A stretch of DNA of 64,000 nucleotides from assembly GCF_006345805.1 (NCBI RefSeq), contig NC_043007.1:72726001-72790000 (forward strand), read 5' to 3'. The notes beneath the pieces are model-generated. The model was not told the origin of the DNA and searched no databases. It worked only from the letters and a program-made list of their open reading frames with translations. Below are positions 12,135 through 25,279 of the stretch, one piece after another (positions within the stretch are counted from its first letter, which is position 1; the number at the start of each line of letters is the position of its first letter). Origin of the DNA: Octopus sinensis (Eukaryota). Made by a program: the position numbers and the translations under genes.

Positions 12135-12693
12135 TTAATGAATTTCAACTAACTAAATAACTTTTATATAAACTGATGTTAAATACAATTTGACAATTTT
12201 TAATTACTTATACTAGCAGGACCCATGAATATTTTATGGAATTAATGGTGAACTTTTTGGGTTATTTCTGAAAACTTTATCCAAAAAACCTGAAAGTGTA
12301 GCCTGTGTTGTGTTTGTATCAAATGATAGTTGCTCATCTGCTAATCACTGAAAAGTGAAGAAAATTGGAATATGATGGTTACTTAATGCACTTTATATAT
12401 ACATTTTATATACTTTATGCACAATTTCATAGACTTAATACACAGCACTCTCCTTCTTTCCCTACCCTCTTTTTCACTCTCCTTTTTCTTTCACTCTTCA
12501 CCTTGTCCCTCAACTAATCATATGAAAGCATTACAGATGGGCTAAGTAACAGATAAAAGAAAATTAGTTACAAAAATATTACACTTTACACACACCACAA
12601 CCTCTCCATCTCCTTTCCCTTCCTTCTTCAACTAGTCACATGGAAATTTTATGGACAGGCTGGGTAACGGAATTATTATTATAAGATTCCATA

Positions 12694-12853
12694 GGCATAG
12701 GAGTGGCTGTGTGGTAAGTAGCTTGCTTACGAACCACATGGTTCCGAGTTCAGTCCCACTGCGTGGCACCTTGGGCAAGTGTGTTCTACTATAGCCTCGG
12801 GCCGACCAAAGCCTTGTGAGTGGATTTGGTAGACGGAAACTGAAAGAAGCCCG

Positions 12854-12903
<50 letters not shown>

Positions 12904-13098
12904 ATATGTTTGTGTGTCTGTGTTTGTCCCCCCAACATCACTTGACAACCGATGCAGGTGTGTTTACATCCCTGTAACTTAGCGGTTCGGCAAAAGAGAC
13001 CGATAGAATAAGTCCTGGGGTCGATTTGCTCGACTAAAAAGGTGGTGCTCCAGCATGGCCACAGTCAAATTACTGAAACAAGTAAGAGAGTAAAGAGA
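12694..13098 (+). mobile_element. Full-length family-A SINE: tRNA-derived head, CORE-like domain, internal (TA)n/(TG)n, AAGAG-type tail
   Basis: A-box TGGCTGTGTGG, B-box GAGTTCAGTCC, CORE-like GTGGCACCTTGGGCAAGTG, and 3' GGTGCTCCAGCATGGCCACAGTC...ACTGAAACAAGTAAGAG. Confidence 0.88.
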
Positions 13099-13782
13099 CG
13101 TTACAATATTTTACCAATTATAATTTCTTTTTATTTTTAGTATTTTTGTACAATAATTCTTATAGCAATTTATTGTGCCAATTCATTCCATTTTATACTT
13201 TTGTACAATTATGGTTCTCTATTTTGAAGTGTTTTGTTGATCATGCTTTGTTCGACACTTTAATAAAACTGGTCAGATCCAGCTTCTCACGCCTGCCCTA
13301 CAAAATCATTTTAAAAATAAACAATCACATCATCAAAATTCCAAAGCTACATGATAATGCATGATTAATTCAAAACAATGAATAAATAAGCATTACATTT
13401 AAGAGAGTAATCTAAATGGCAAAGGGTTAAATATTTGTTACCATGACAATGGGGGAAGGAATTTTCATACATGTTCTGGCTCAAGCAGGAAATGTGAAAT
13501 GTCTTTACAAATCATTCACAGATATAAAAAATATTTGATGTACAAAAGCTTTTACTTTTTAAAAGCATATTTCCTGTTTATAAGCATATGTCAATACATG
13601 TGTGTGTTTGTAAATGTTTATTTTATTAAAATGTTTTTCAAGTTAAATTGGTCAGTGTTTTTGTTTATTTACTATACAATTGTATTATGTTAACAGAAAC
13701 ATAGAATTGTCTTTTCTGTCTCTGTTATGTTTGTTTTTTATGACACCTTCTGTTATAAATTGTTCTTATTCCAAATAATGTA

Positions 13783-14607
13783 CAAAGTGGTATCAAAATG
13801 TTCCCAGACTAGTTATGCTTAATAAACAAATGACTTATTTATCTAAGTTTTAACATCATCTCCTTCGAAATAATCACCTTGTATAGCAATACACTGGTCT
13901 CAGAGTTCCTGTCACTTTTGGAATCCAGCCTAGAAGTTGTTCTTCATAAGTCAGTTGAGGACCTTCTGTGATTTGCTCTGGATCCTGACAATGGTGTTAA
14001 AACAGCAACCTTAGAGCTGAATTTTTATCTTGGGGAAGAGATGGAAGTCCACAGGTCCTAAATCTGGTGAAAGAGGATGTGGAAGTGATACCTTGTTTTT
14101 TGATGAGAAACTCACAAACGAGGAGAGCTTGGTGACAGTGCATTGTTGCCATGAAGAATCCAATACTTTACGCTCCACAGATCCAGTCACTTTCACTGAA
14201 TGACTTCCCTCAAATACTTCAAAACATTGCAGTAGAACTCTTGATTGATGGTCTCACCCTGGGGGATGAATTCTTGATGCACAATACTGTGGATGTTGAA
14301 AAAAAACTATGAGCATGCTCTTGATTGAGCTGTGGCTCTGTCATTGCGTATGACCCATTGCCTCGTTGCTGTAATCTTGCCAAAGCATGCTCAATGTCTC
14401 TGTAGCAGACTTTTGAAGTTTAACACAAAATTTCATGTTGGCTCTTTCAATTTCCTTATCCATGACAAAAAATTGCAGGCTACAGCAATGTTACCTGCCA
14501 CATTGCCTTATGAAGGTCACTGCTAGCTCTTACTGTGCATACAACTGTGTGCTGCCATCTGTTGGTGCATTACAGAACTAGCCCTGGAACTTTTTGATAC
14601 CACATCA
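13783..14607 (-). mobile_element. Internally deleted, decayed mariner (Tc1/mariner) transposon with TIRs and TA target duplication
   Basis: TA|CAAAGTGGTATCAAAATGTTCCCAGACTAGTT at the left and AACTAGCCCTGGAACTTTTTGATACCACATCA|TA at the right. The minus strand gives HPLSPDLGPVDFHLFPKIK (YSPDL motif). Confidence 0.85.
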
Positions 14608-15574
14608 TAAACATTAGTCATTTGATGCCTCTCATTTGCAAACTTACAGAATCTTACCATTCTTTACTTTGCCTGAAGCTGGTCCTCTGCTTCTGTAAAA
14701 TACAGCAACTAGAACTGGTTCATTGCATATAAGCTGACACAGTTTGCTATAGTTTGTAGTGAGCCACACTTGCATGGACTATTTATATTTAAGTCACCAC
14801 CAGTTGGTTTATGCAAATTGTTACCAGGCTATGGTCAGGGGTTAGAAAAAAATGAGAAAAGCTATCAATCTGCAAGTCTTTCTCTGTAAATAAAATAATC
14901 ATAGAGGCTGGTGCATAAATAGCAGGCAGACTGAAGTTCTTGTCAAATATATGACATCAGTTCCATTATGCATCTATGTCTACACACTGATATGTTATGA
15001 ATTTGAACAATATGAATGGGTTTTACTTGTCAGTTCCCATTCTTCATATTACATTTCATTTTCTGTTCATTTTTCTTTTGTTTTAATGATACTGTTCTAA
15101 TCACCTTACCCAGTAACTACTTGCACTCCTCATAAAATGTCTTGCTGACTCATGTTGTCATATTATTGTTAACTGGTCCAGAGAAAAGTGATACACAAGT
15201 GACAATTTTAGTTTTCTTCTCATAGATGAACAGGCTGTCAGGCACTGTGATCCATTTTTAGGCAGCAAGGATAATCAAGATCTTGATTCCAGAGTTGAAA
15301 AATCTCTAAATGAAGCCGAATTAGCAGATTTACATCATTGGCATTATCAAGTTTTACATTCTGATTTAGCCATTGAAGGTGTGACTTTAGCCTTAGCCAA
15401 CCTATGTGAAAGCACATAAAAACGTCTCAAATATGGAAAGTATAGTATGGCTACCTAGAAGAGATAAGCTATGGAATCTTTTCTACGCTAGGCACAAGAC
15501 CTGAAATTTTGGGGGAGGAGGCCAGTTGATTAGATCAACCCCCAATACACAACTGGTACTTAATTTATCAACCC

Positions 15575-17270
15575 CAAAAGGTAAAACTTCTGAACAAGAT
15601 GGTATTTGCATAGAGGTGCACAAACATGATGGCAGACAACTTGTGAGTAAGCTGCACAAATTGATGTTTGATTTGGGAAACTGGAGCTGTTCCCCAGCAG
15701 TTCAAAGATGCATCTATAATGCACTTAAAACAAAAACAAGGGGAGGAAGAGTGTATGTGATAATCACAGGGGAATAAGCTTGTTGTGTATAGCAGGAAAA
15801 ATTCTTGTGAGGGTGATACTTAAGCGCATCAATAAACATGTAATAAACAACATTTATCCTGAATCCCAATGTGGATTTCAGGCTGGGAGATGCGCAGTTG
15901 ACATGATATTTGCCCTCTAACAAGTTCAAGAGAAAGCATATGAACAAAATACTTTGCCAGTACTGCCTGACTGGCCCTCGTGTCGGTGGCATGTAAAAGC
16001 ACCTACTACACTCTCAGAGTGGTTGGCATTAGGAAGGGCATCCAGCTGTAGAAACTCTGCTAGATCAGATTGGAGTCTGGTGCAACCATCTGGTTTGCCA
16101 GACCTCAGTCAAATCGTCCATGGAAAGCAGACGTTAAACGATGATGATGATGATGATGATGATGGTCTTTGTTGACTTGGCCAAGGCCTTTGATGTACTG
16201 AATTGTGAGGCACTCTGGAAAATTTGATCAAAAGCTGGACTTCTTGATAAAATGATAAAGGTAATCGTATCCCTGCATAAAGGAATGATGGCAACAATGG
16301 TATCTAGTAGTCAATATTGAGGGGCATTTTCTGTTGCCACTGAAAGCAACAGGGATGTGTTTTAGCCTCTGCACTTTTTTCCATATTCTTTTCAATGATG
16401 ATCCAACATGCTATCAGGGATTACTATGATGGTATAAAATTCCAGTTTTGCACAGAAGGAGGTCTGTTTAACATGAAAGGACAAAGTTTCAGATCAAAGA
16501 AAAGACCAAGAAAGAGATCCTGCATGGCTTTCTGTTTTCTGCTGACTGTGCTTTGATTTCTCACACATTTAAAGGAATTCAGGAAACAGTTGACAAATTT
16601 ACTATGGCAGCTTGTGCATTTGGACTGACTGTTTGTATCAAAAAGACTGAAGTTTTATTCCAGCCAAGGCCTGGAGCAGGACATACTCAAGATTCAAACA
16701 TGATGATAAGCAAACAAACCATTCAAATGGATCAGGTCATTCAAATATCTTGGAAGTGTAAACTTTAAGAGTATTCTCGACGATGGAAATCAATGTTAGA
16801 ATAGCTAAGGCATCAAGTGTTTTTGGAAGACTTGCCCATCATTTGTGGTGTGAACACAGTGTGAGTCTGAAAATGAAAGTAAGTGCATACGAATCTTGTA
16901 TTTTGAGCACACTTTTGTATGAGCAGAAGCATGGATTTCATACTACAAACATATAAAGAAACTTGAAACCTTCCACGTGTGCTGTTTGCACAACACTTGC
17001 AACATATAATGACAAAATAGGATATCCAATACCAAAATCTTAGAAAAATGTGATTTCTCAGTATCCAAAGCATGCAGATAGTTAGAACATGTTTCAATGA
17101 AAAATGACCGAATTCCAAAAATTCTTTTGCATGGACAACAAGTGGAGGGATATTGTGGCAAAGAAGATCTCTCCTTAAGTAATTTGAAGCAATCACTAAA
17201 ATCTCCACAGCTTAACCTGGCATCTTGAGAAAGTCATTATTGCCTAGATTGATCTGCATGGTGTAAAATG
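15575..17270 (+). mobile_element. Decayed RTE (BovB-like) LINE reverse-transcriptase region, split by an RTE-tail insertion at ~15957-16164
   Basis: QDGICIEVHKHDGRQLVSKLHKL; QVQEKAYEQN | insertion | VFVDLAKAFD; ALFSIFFSMM; FGLTVCIKKTEVLFQP. Many stops and frameshifts. Confidence 0.8.
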
Positions 17271-17293
17271 TGTCATGATGCATCCAGTAACGC

Positions 17294-17339
<46 letters not shown>

Positions 17340-17435
17340 TTTTCTCAGTCAATCACTCACTCAAAAAAGATGCAGGGAAAATATAAATTTTAAAAACGTA
17401 TGCTGTTACTCTTTCCCTCACACACACACACACAG

Positions 17436-17636
17436 ACTCTTTACTCTTTTACTCGTTTCAGTCATTTGACTGTGGCCATGCTGGAGCACCGCCTTTAGTC
17501 GAGCAAATCAACCCCGGGACTTATTCTTTGTAAGCCCAGTACTTATTCTATCGGTCTCTTTTGCCGAACCGCTAAGTTATGGGGACATAAATACACCGGC
17601 ATCGGTTGTCAAGCAATGCTAGGGGGACACACAAAG

Positions 17637-17669
<33 letters not shown>

Positions 17670-17839
17670 CATATATACGACAGGCTTCTTTCAGTTTCCG
17701 TCTACCAAATCCACTAACAAGGCATTGGTCGGCCCGGGGCTATAGCAGAAGACACTTGCCCAAGATGCCACGCAGTGGGACTGAACCCGGAACCATGTGG
17801 TTGGTAGCAAGCTACTTACCACACAACCACTCCTGCTCC
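17436..17839 (-). mobile_element. Full-length family-A SINE
   Basis: Reverse complement of the 12694-13098 consensus. Confidence 0.88.
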
Positions 17840-18234
17840 TACAGAGCGTACATTTTTAAAATTTATTTTTCCTCGCATCTTTTTTTGAGTGAGTGATTGG
17901 CTGAGAGAAAGACAGAGGTGTGTGTTGTCGGAAAGAGAGAGAAAGTATGTGTTGCTATGTGTGTGTGTGTGAGAGAGAGAGAGAGCGAGTGAGAGAGAGA
18001 TAGAGAGAGATAGCGTAAATTTTATTTACTTTTTCTTGCATCTCTTTTTAGTGAGTGTGTTTGACTGGGTGAAAGAGAAGCGTTACGCTATCTCTCTCAT
18101 TCATTCAAAAAGGATGCGAGGAAAAATAAATAAAAAAAAAATATACGCTGTCATATTTTCTCTGTCTCACACACACACACACACACATATATACACACTT
18201 TTGAGGTTAGTGATAGAAGAGATCCTATAGATGA

Positions 18235-18462
18235 AAGGCGAGCTGGCAGAATCGTTAGCACGCCGGGCGAAATGCGTAGCCGTATTTCGTCTGCCGTTAC
18301 GTTCTGGGTTCAAATTCCGCCGAGGTCGACTTTGCTTTTCATCCTTTCGGGGTCGATAAATTAAGTACCAGTTACGCACTGGGATCGATGTAATCGACTT
18401 AATCCGTTTGTCTGTCCTTGTTTGTCCTCTCTGTGTTTAGCCCTTTGTGGGTAGTAAAGTAA
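18235..18462 (+). mobile_element. Full-length, young family-B tRNA-SINE (Deu/Nin-like core)
   Basis: GGCGAGCTGGCAGAATCGTTAGC (A-box), GGTTCAAATTCC (B-box), TTTCATCCTTTCGGGGTCGATAAATTAAGTACCAG, and tail TGTGGGTAGTAAAG. Confidence 0.85.
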
Positions 18463-18603
18463 TATATATTTAATTTGGTGTAGGAGTCAAGGTAGTCTCA
18501 GTATAACGGGAAGCTTTATGAAAATAGACAAAAGAGGAAGGCAGGTGGGAAACAAACAAACAATTGTATTAGTATGGCGCTCAGGAAATATAAATAAAAC
18601 AAG

Positions 18604-18641
18604 TCTTTAACGTTTCGAGCCTACGCTCTTCAACAGAAAGA
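18604..18641 (-). ncRNA. Minimal hammerhead-like motif in a Penelope-type terminal repeat (~18480-18700)
   Basis: Minus strand TCTTT-CTGTTGA-A-GAGC-GTAG-GCTC-GAAACGTT-AAAGA: stem I TCTTT/AAAGA, stem II GAGC/GCTC, palindromic ACGT stem III. Core A6 is replaced by U. Confidence 0.5.
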
Positions 18642-19532
18642 TACACAGAGAGAAAAAAAACACAGAAAGAAGGAGAGAAAAAAATGCGTGCAGTAACTAA
18701 CGAATCAACATGTCATTTTCTCTCTCTTTCACTTTATGCTGACATCAAACGAAATGTACATTTCCAGTCACAAAAAAAAACCAAATAAATAAATTTTTTT
18801 AATGGAATTTACCGAAAGCTGTACCTTAACAGCTGATTGATCATTGACATCTCAAAACAAAAGATCGCCTATATTGTAAACAAAGCGACCATGGGCCACT
18901 GATTTGCAGCAAGCAAAATAGCAAGTTACAACTCTGATCTTTGCTTGATATTTTACAACTAGCTATTTTGCTTGTTGCAAATCTGTGACCAATGGTCGCT
19001 GGAGCAGACTTTTAGCTATTGCTATGGCAACCAGGTGCTCGCAACTGAAGATGAGCCAAATAGCTTGGAACTGAGTTAGTCTCACGATACTATAATCTGC
19101 TAGAAGATGGTAGGGGATTCACCCCCTCCCCCTGCAAGCAATATATATTGTATATAACAGGTGCAGTGTTGCACTGATAACCAGCTGGCAGAATATTTGC
19201 CTGGAGTTAAAATAGTAGTAACATTGAACACCTACTTTGATGTGGCGACTAACTTTACGTTTTATACACACACACAATCTTTATACCACAAAAGTTAAAT
19301 GTTCCAATAAAATATTACATCAAGAGCTTACCAATGTATTTTCCATGTATTCTGTATTATATTATACTCACATTATCAATATAGACAATATAAATCATCT
19401 TTTAAAGACAGTACAAATATAAACATGTTTATACAAATCTATGTTTGAATTATAGTGAAAAATTTCCTCTAAACTCAAAATGCTAACGACATTTTTCTAT
19501 TTTACTGCAGTATATGTGTGTGTGTGTGTGTG

Positions 19533-19771
19533 TGTACGTACGTACGTACGTACGTATGTACGTACGTACATACGTACGTACGTACATACGTACGTACATA
19601 CGTACGTACGTACATACGTACGTACGTACATACGTACGTACGTACATACGTACGTACATACGTACGTACGTACATACATACGTACGTACATACATACGTA
19701 CATACATACGTACATACATACATACATACATACATACATACATACATACATACATACATACATACATACAT
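19533..19771. repeat. (TACG)n grading into (TACA)n tetranucleotide microsatellite
   Basis: Directly visible. Confidence 0.95.
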
Positions 19772-19984
19772 AGTGGTTAAATGTGTGTATCAGGTGAACA
19801 GATGCAAAAGGAATGTGTATGCCTTTGAAGTAAACAAATGAGTGAATCGTTTGATAGTTAAAAAATATTTTATTCACTGGACTTAATTTATCGTTGGTAC
19901 ACATAATTCTTCACTACATGCAAAATGTTGACAACTGCTACGAGTTGCTAGAAATAGAAACAGGGTACATTTGTGGAGGTGATA

Positions 19985-19999
19985 TGTCAGAAATGAATA

Positions 20000-20042
<43 letters not shown>

Positions 20043-20322
20043 AGTTCATCTGAGACAGTAGTCAACCGTGGAACTTCGAAATTTCTCTCGGTCTCTGCGG
20101 TCTGCCAAAATCTTCCGTCGTGTCGTAGACCTTTCTCGTTTGCTTGCTAGGCCGTTCTTCTTGTCTGTTCCTCTGTTGACCACCGTATTTATAATACTCG
20201 TGGCAGCTAGAAGGACAGACATACAGCAGCAGAGTTTGTACCTAAATAGGTCAGCTCCTGTCCATTTGAACTTCGCCTGACATGGCTGAGGTCATAGGTC
20301 AAAGGGAGATCACTTTTTGACA
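19985..20322 (-). mobile_element. Probable solo LTR (338 bp)
   Basis: Termini TGTCA...TGACA and TATAAATA on the minus strand (~20186-20193). No target-site duplication recognised. Confidence 0.45.
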
Positions 20323-21041
20323 GAGCAAAGAAAACTTTTTTCGCGTCTGTTGATCGTGGTGGTTTGGACGACCGAGAATTATTAGATTCGGTTTCGAATC
20401 AAGGCTTGGAGAAGGAAGTATTAATTTTTACACTACCCCCACTTCTAGTGAGAAAGCCAAAGAGATTGAACGATATTGGAAATGTTATTTTTTGTGTGTA
20501 TGCTGAAAAAATTTACACTGTAACAGACAAATGAACTTATGTCAAAAACATGGGATATAAAAATATGAAGCAAAGATTTACTGTTGGTGTGTGCTATATG
20601 GTGGGTAATACATATATGTGTCCAGGCAGAAACATGTTGACGCGTTGAAAGAGATGTACGTCTATTGATTACTCAACCCACTAGAGGTCTAATAGAGACA
20701 AGGTATCTTTCAGTGGCGCAAAAGATCAAATGATAGCACACATGAGAATGTGTGCAAGCATACAGGTAGCAAAATATTTTTACAAGAAGGCAAAACATTA
20801 TAAAAAGAAAGCAAAACATATGTACATACAAAAAAATAAAAGAAATGTTCATCGAAAAAGTTCGTTAGTGAAATGTTCAGTAAATGTTCATACAGAAAGT
20901 TTTTCGTTGACGTGGAACAATGTTTTTGTTTTCCTTTTTTTTCTTTATGCATATAAAATGTTCGTTGATTTCTTTGGATTTATATGTGGGTAATGCAGTC
21001 ATGTGAGTTATGTATGCATTTCATTTAAGAAGATGGGTAGG

Positions 21042-23553
21042 TTAAGAGTTCGGACTTACCCGAAAATCTTGCACAAACTTTGCGGGCCATCGAACTGTTC
21101 TTCCCGATTTGGTGTGCCGGTGTTGTGCAGAATCTGTGGTGTTTGCTGGAGTTGGTAAGTCCGTTCGAGGAACGGAGGGAAATGAATGTAAGTCCTCCTC
21201 GATTAAGGCTTTTTTCAAACGATCAATCGATACCGTATTTCGTTTACCTCCAATATCGAGAATGAAATACTTGGGTTCTCTTTTGATAACTTTGTAGGGC
21301 CCGGAATATGGTGGCCGAAGTTGAGTCCAAGTGTTGATGTATTTTGGGACATGTGAAACGACGTTCTGTTGTCTGGGGCCTGCAGGTGACAAATGCGACA
21401 TGGATGTCCGTAATCGGTGCACATATTGTGCTAGGTCTGGAAAGTCTTGTGATGAAACAGGTTCCATCATCTGCCCAGGTAAGGTGAGTGCTGTGCCATA
21501 GACGAGTTCAGTCGGAGTACATCCAAGTTCCTCCTTAACCGTGGATCGAATACCAAGGAAGATGAGGGGGTGATGTTCCAGCCAGTGAGAACTGTCTGAA
21601 GATGCTTTAAAAGATGCCTTGAGTTGGCGGTGAAAACATTCGACCATGCCATTTGCTGCAGGGTGGTAAGCCGTAGTGCGGGTGTGTTTACACCCGAGGA
21701 GATGAGTCAACTCGGTGAAGAGGTGAGAATCGAACTGACGTCCTCTGTCAGTGTTGATTGTTGCAGGTGTGCCAAAACACGAAACCCATTGTGATATCAG
21801 CGTTTTGGCGACCGTTTCCGCCGATTTGTCAGATAAGGGCCAAGCTTCGGGCCACCGCAAAAAACGATCCACGCAGGCAAGCAAATGTCTATAATTCTGC
21901 CAAGGTGACAGAGGTCACACGATGTCAATGTGAACGTGCTGAAATCGTGTGTCGGGTTGCGAAAAAGAACCGACTTGTGATTTTATGTGCCGGTAGATTT
22001 TCGCTTTTTGGCACGCGACACAGCACTTGGTCCATTCTCTGATATAATTGTTGATACTGGTCCACACAAAACGGGTCGATATCAGCTTTTGAGTGGAGCG
22101 AATACCAGGATGTGACAGAGAATGCAGAGCAGAGAAACCCTCTCGACGATGTTTCTGTGGTATATAAGGCGTTGGTGACCGGTGGAGATATCACACCAAA
22201 TATGGGCCGTGGACAATGGTACCGGAACATGCTTAAATTTCAGAGATGATGAATCCCCGAGCTTTAGAAATTCTTCGTCATTCTCCTGGTCAGCTGCTAT
22301 ACGTGCCAGATCAATTGTAGCAGTGGTGTGGATAGCATTGATCTGCGTGCGTGAAAGTGCATCGGCTGTTAAGTTGGTCATCCCTTTGATGTGGCGTATA
22401 TCCGTTGCATACTGCGATATAAAATCGAGGTGGCGAATTTCTCTCGGCGAGTGGTGATCCAGCTTGGTATTAAATGCATATATCAGTGGTTTGTGGTCGG
22501 TATATATGGCAAAACTGGTACCTTCTAGCATGCGTCGGAAATGCTTAACGGCCAGGTATTCCCGACTGAATGTGCTGTATTTCGTTTCCGCAGGTTTTAA
22601 CCGCTTAGAAAAGGACAACGGTTGCCATATGCCGTCAACAAGCTGCTGTAGTACACCCCCAACTCCGGAATCGGATGCATCAACGAATATACACAGTGGG
22701 GCGTCTGGTTTTGGATAAACCAACATAGTAGCGTTGGATAACACTTTTTTCAGGGCAGCGAAAGAGGCAAGTTGATCTTCATTCAGGGCAATATTCGTAT
22801 TTTTGTGGGTTCGCTGACGTAGCAAATCCGTGAGCGGTTGTGCTATCTCAGTGAGGTGGAGTATGGACCTTCATTCTAGACCAAGATATTCCCTTAATTT
22901 GCGGAGAGATGTGGGTGGTGGAAAATCCACGATGGCCTTGACTTTCTCGGGAAGAGGACGAATGCCATCCTTATCGAAGATGTGCCCGAGAAAATGAAGG
23001 GAAGCAACTCCGACCGAACACTTGCTGGAGTTGATAACACCGTATTTACGCAGGCGTTCGAATAGCAAGTGAAGATGTGGGTCATGTTCTTCGTCCGAGC
23101 TACTGGCCATGAGTATGTTGTCTATGTAGGCATAGACGAAAGGCAAACCTCTAGTAACCATGTCGATAAACCTTTGGAACGTCTATGTCACGTTGCGTAA
23201 AACGAAAGGCATACGTAGGAATTCAAACATATCGAAAGTTGTAGTAACTGCCGTTTTGGGTATGTCCGCAAGTTCCACTGGGATTTGGTCGATTTTGGAA
23301 AAGATGTGAGCTCCATGCAGCGAGCTAGAAAAATCCTGCAAATAGGGGATTAGATATGCATCACTTACAGTAGAGTTGTTCAGCGATCGATAATCACCGC
23401 AGACTCGCCAATCGGTCGATGATTTTGGGGGGACGCAGTGTATCGACGAGGACCAGTTGCTGCTGGATGGGTGGATGATTCCAAGGTCGAGCATGTGCTG
23501 GAATTCCCGATTGACGGCCTTGAGACGATCAGGTGGTAATCTTCCGGGTCTTG
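21042..23553 (-). mobile_element. Ty3/Gypsy pol remnant (RT-RNaseH-integrase), frameshifted, 5'-truncated
   Basis: [81 protein letters not shown]...VSIDRLK. Confidence 0.93.
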
Positions 23554-23554
23554 C

Positions 23555-24305
23555 AGCAACAGAAGAAGAAAGAGAAGGGAAAATGAGAAGGAATGTAGGT
23601 AGTATGATAGTAGTAGGGTGGTGCTAAATGGTCAAGTGACCTAAAAGTGACTCGTTATGGATTATAGCAGTGATTGGGACTGTTTTTTAACGAATTATTG
23701 GGAATCTCTTGAGTGTATCATTTTTAATGTTTGCGTGTGCGTTTGTGTTATTCTAAGGACGTCGTGGATATGTCGTTTGTTGTAGACGCGTTCAAAAGGG
23801 GTCTGTATTTTGTAATAAAGAGAGTCTCTTTACTAATTCGTTGGCTACAGGTTGTATCGTCCCTGAATTGGTAGAGGGGAAAATTCTGAAACTTGGATTT
23901 TTTTTGTTGGCTGAATGTCATTTTTCTGTTTTGGGGGATTTTGATCTGGGATCTGTGCAGAGCAGGTTTGTGTGCATATCAGGTTCTCCAAAGCACATGT
24001 GAAGTTGCTTTTCACTGAAACGTTGTCCCTGTTTGAAGGAGAACTCTGATCCCTCAATTAAATTGATGCATTTCCCACAGTTGGGTCTTCCACATTTTTT
24101 ACTGACGGCTTCTGTGTTGTTGTTGAGCGTATTCGGGCTTGTATTAGGACACTTTTCATAGATTTGGGTTGTCTTTTGCTTTTTATGATGGTGTGTGTTT
24201 GGAGGATTAAGTTCATTCTGTGATCCTTTTTTAGCAGGGAATGTTTTGAAGGATAGTGTCGAAGGCTTCATTGTTAAGAAGGTTGTGTGTGGAGAGGTAT
24301 GGTCT
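23555..24305 (-). mobile_element. Penelope-like (Neptune-type) C-terminal fragment with deleted YIG segment
   Basis: The minus strand reads PYLSTHN...IIKSKRQPKSMKSVLIQAR...CGRPNCGKC...KSNFTCALENLIC...KNPSFRIFPLYQF...QRISKETLFITKYRPLLN across frameshifts. Confidence 0.8.
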
Positions 24306-24522
24306 TCTAAAATTGAGGACCCAAACGAATGAAGATAAAGTAAAATCCACCGATGAAGAGATCAACCAAGAAATTAGCAAAATGACCCAAGACCCCGATC
24401 AAGATAAGATCTCCAAACTATGGAAAGAGGTTTGTGATAAAGAAGAACTGAAATCTTTCCAACGCAGGAAGAAAAGCGTCTCTTGGTTCTCAAACTATGA
24501 AACCATCTTTCAAACAGATTAA
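24300..24522 (+). mobile_element. Probable Penelope-like N-terminal ORF fragment, inverted relative to the adjoining C-terminal fragment
   Basis: KSTDEEINQEISK...KLWKEVCDKEELKSFQRRKKSVSWFSNYE. Similarity to mollusc PLE N-terminal regions is from memory and not verified. Confidence 0.5.
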
Positions 24523-24709
24523 AATTGCATTATAGGAATATAAATCAATATTAGTTATTATTTAGATTAAATATATAGTAAGATTTAATTTGAATAAATA
24601 ATTATACAAAATATAAGTCCTGGGGTCGATTTGATCCACTAAGCGCGGTGCTCCAGCATGGCCACAGTCAAATGACTGAAACAAGTAAAAGAATATATTA
24701 TTTATTTTA

Positions 24710-24767
<58 letters not shown>

Positions 24768-24919
24768 TGAGACTAACCTAGAAACAGGGCTGCTAGATAG
24801 CTGAAACAATTTTTTCTGGTAAGTACAGTCTTTTCGGAGTATTCTTGCTCATTTTCATGATTCTGATATTTTACTTTTTTTTTTGCTGCAGATTTTTGAA
24901 TAAACAAAAAGTGTCGAGG

Positions 24920-25275
24920 TTACAAGGAAAACTGAGTATCGTGCTGTCATAAAGTACCTTCATTCGAAAGGCATGACTCCATCAGAAATCCATGAAGATA
25001 TGGTGAGAACCGTAACAGACAATTTTCCGTCATATGCAACAGTCAAACACTGGGTAAATGAATTCAAGCATGGCAGGGAGAGTGTGGAAGATGATCCCAG
25101 ACCAGGGAGACCAACGGCAACCACCAAGGACAACCTAGACGATCGCCAAATATCATGTCGTTAGATAAACGAGAGACTGGGCATCTCAATTAAAAGAGAT
25201 GACAACATGACAAAACGTTTCCGCAAGGTGGGTCCCTCACTTTTTGACTCCTGAAAAGAAACGCACCAACGTCTT
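24920..25275 (+). mobile_element. Mariner transposase N-terminal fragment
   Basis: KTEYRAVIKYLHSKGMTPSEIHEDM...SYATVKHWVNEFKHGRESVEDDPRPGRP followed by SARWVPHFLT (WVPHEL-like motif). Confidence 0.85.
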
Positions 25276-25279
25276 AATT

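Noticed and set aside
12694-12770. tRNA-like sequences at SINE heads (also 18235 and 50690-50762)
   Set aside because: They have A/B boxes but no complete cloverleaf, and they continue into SINE bodies.
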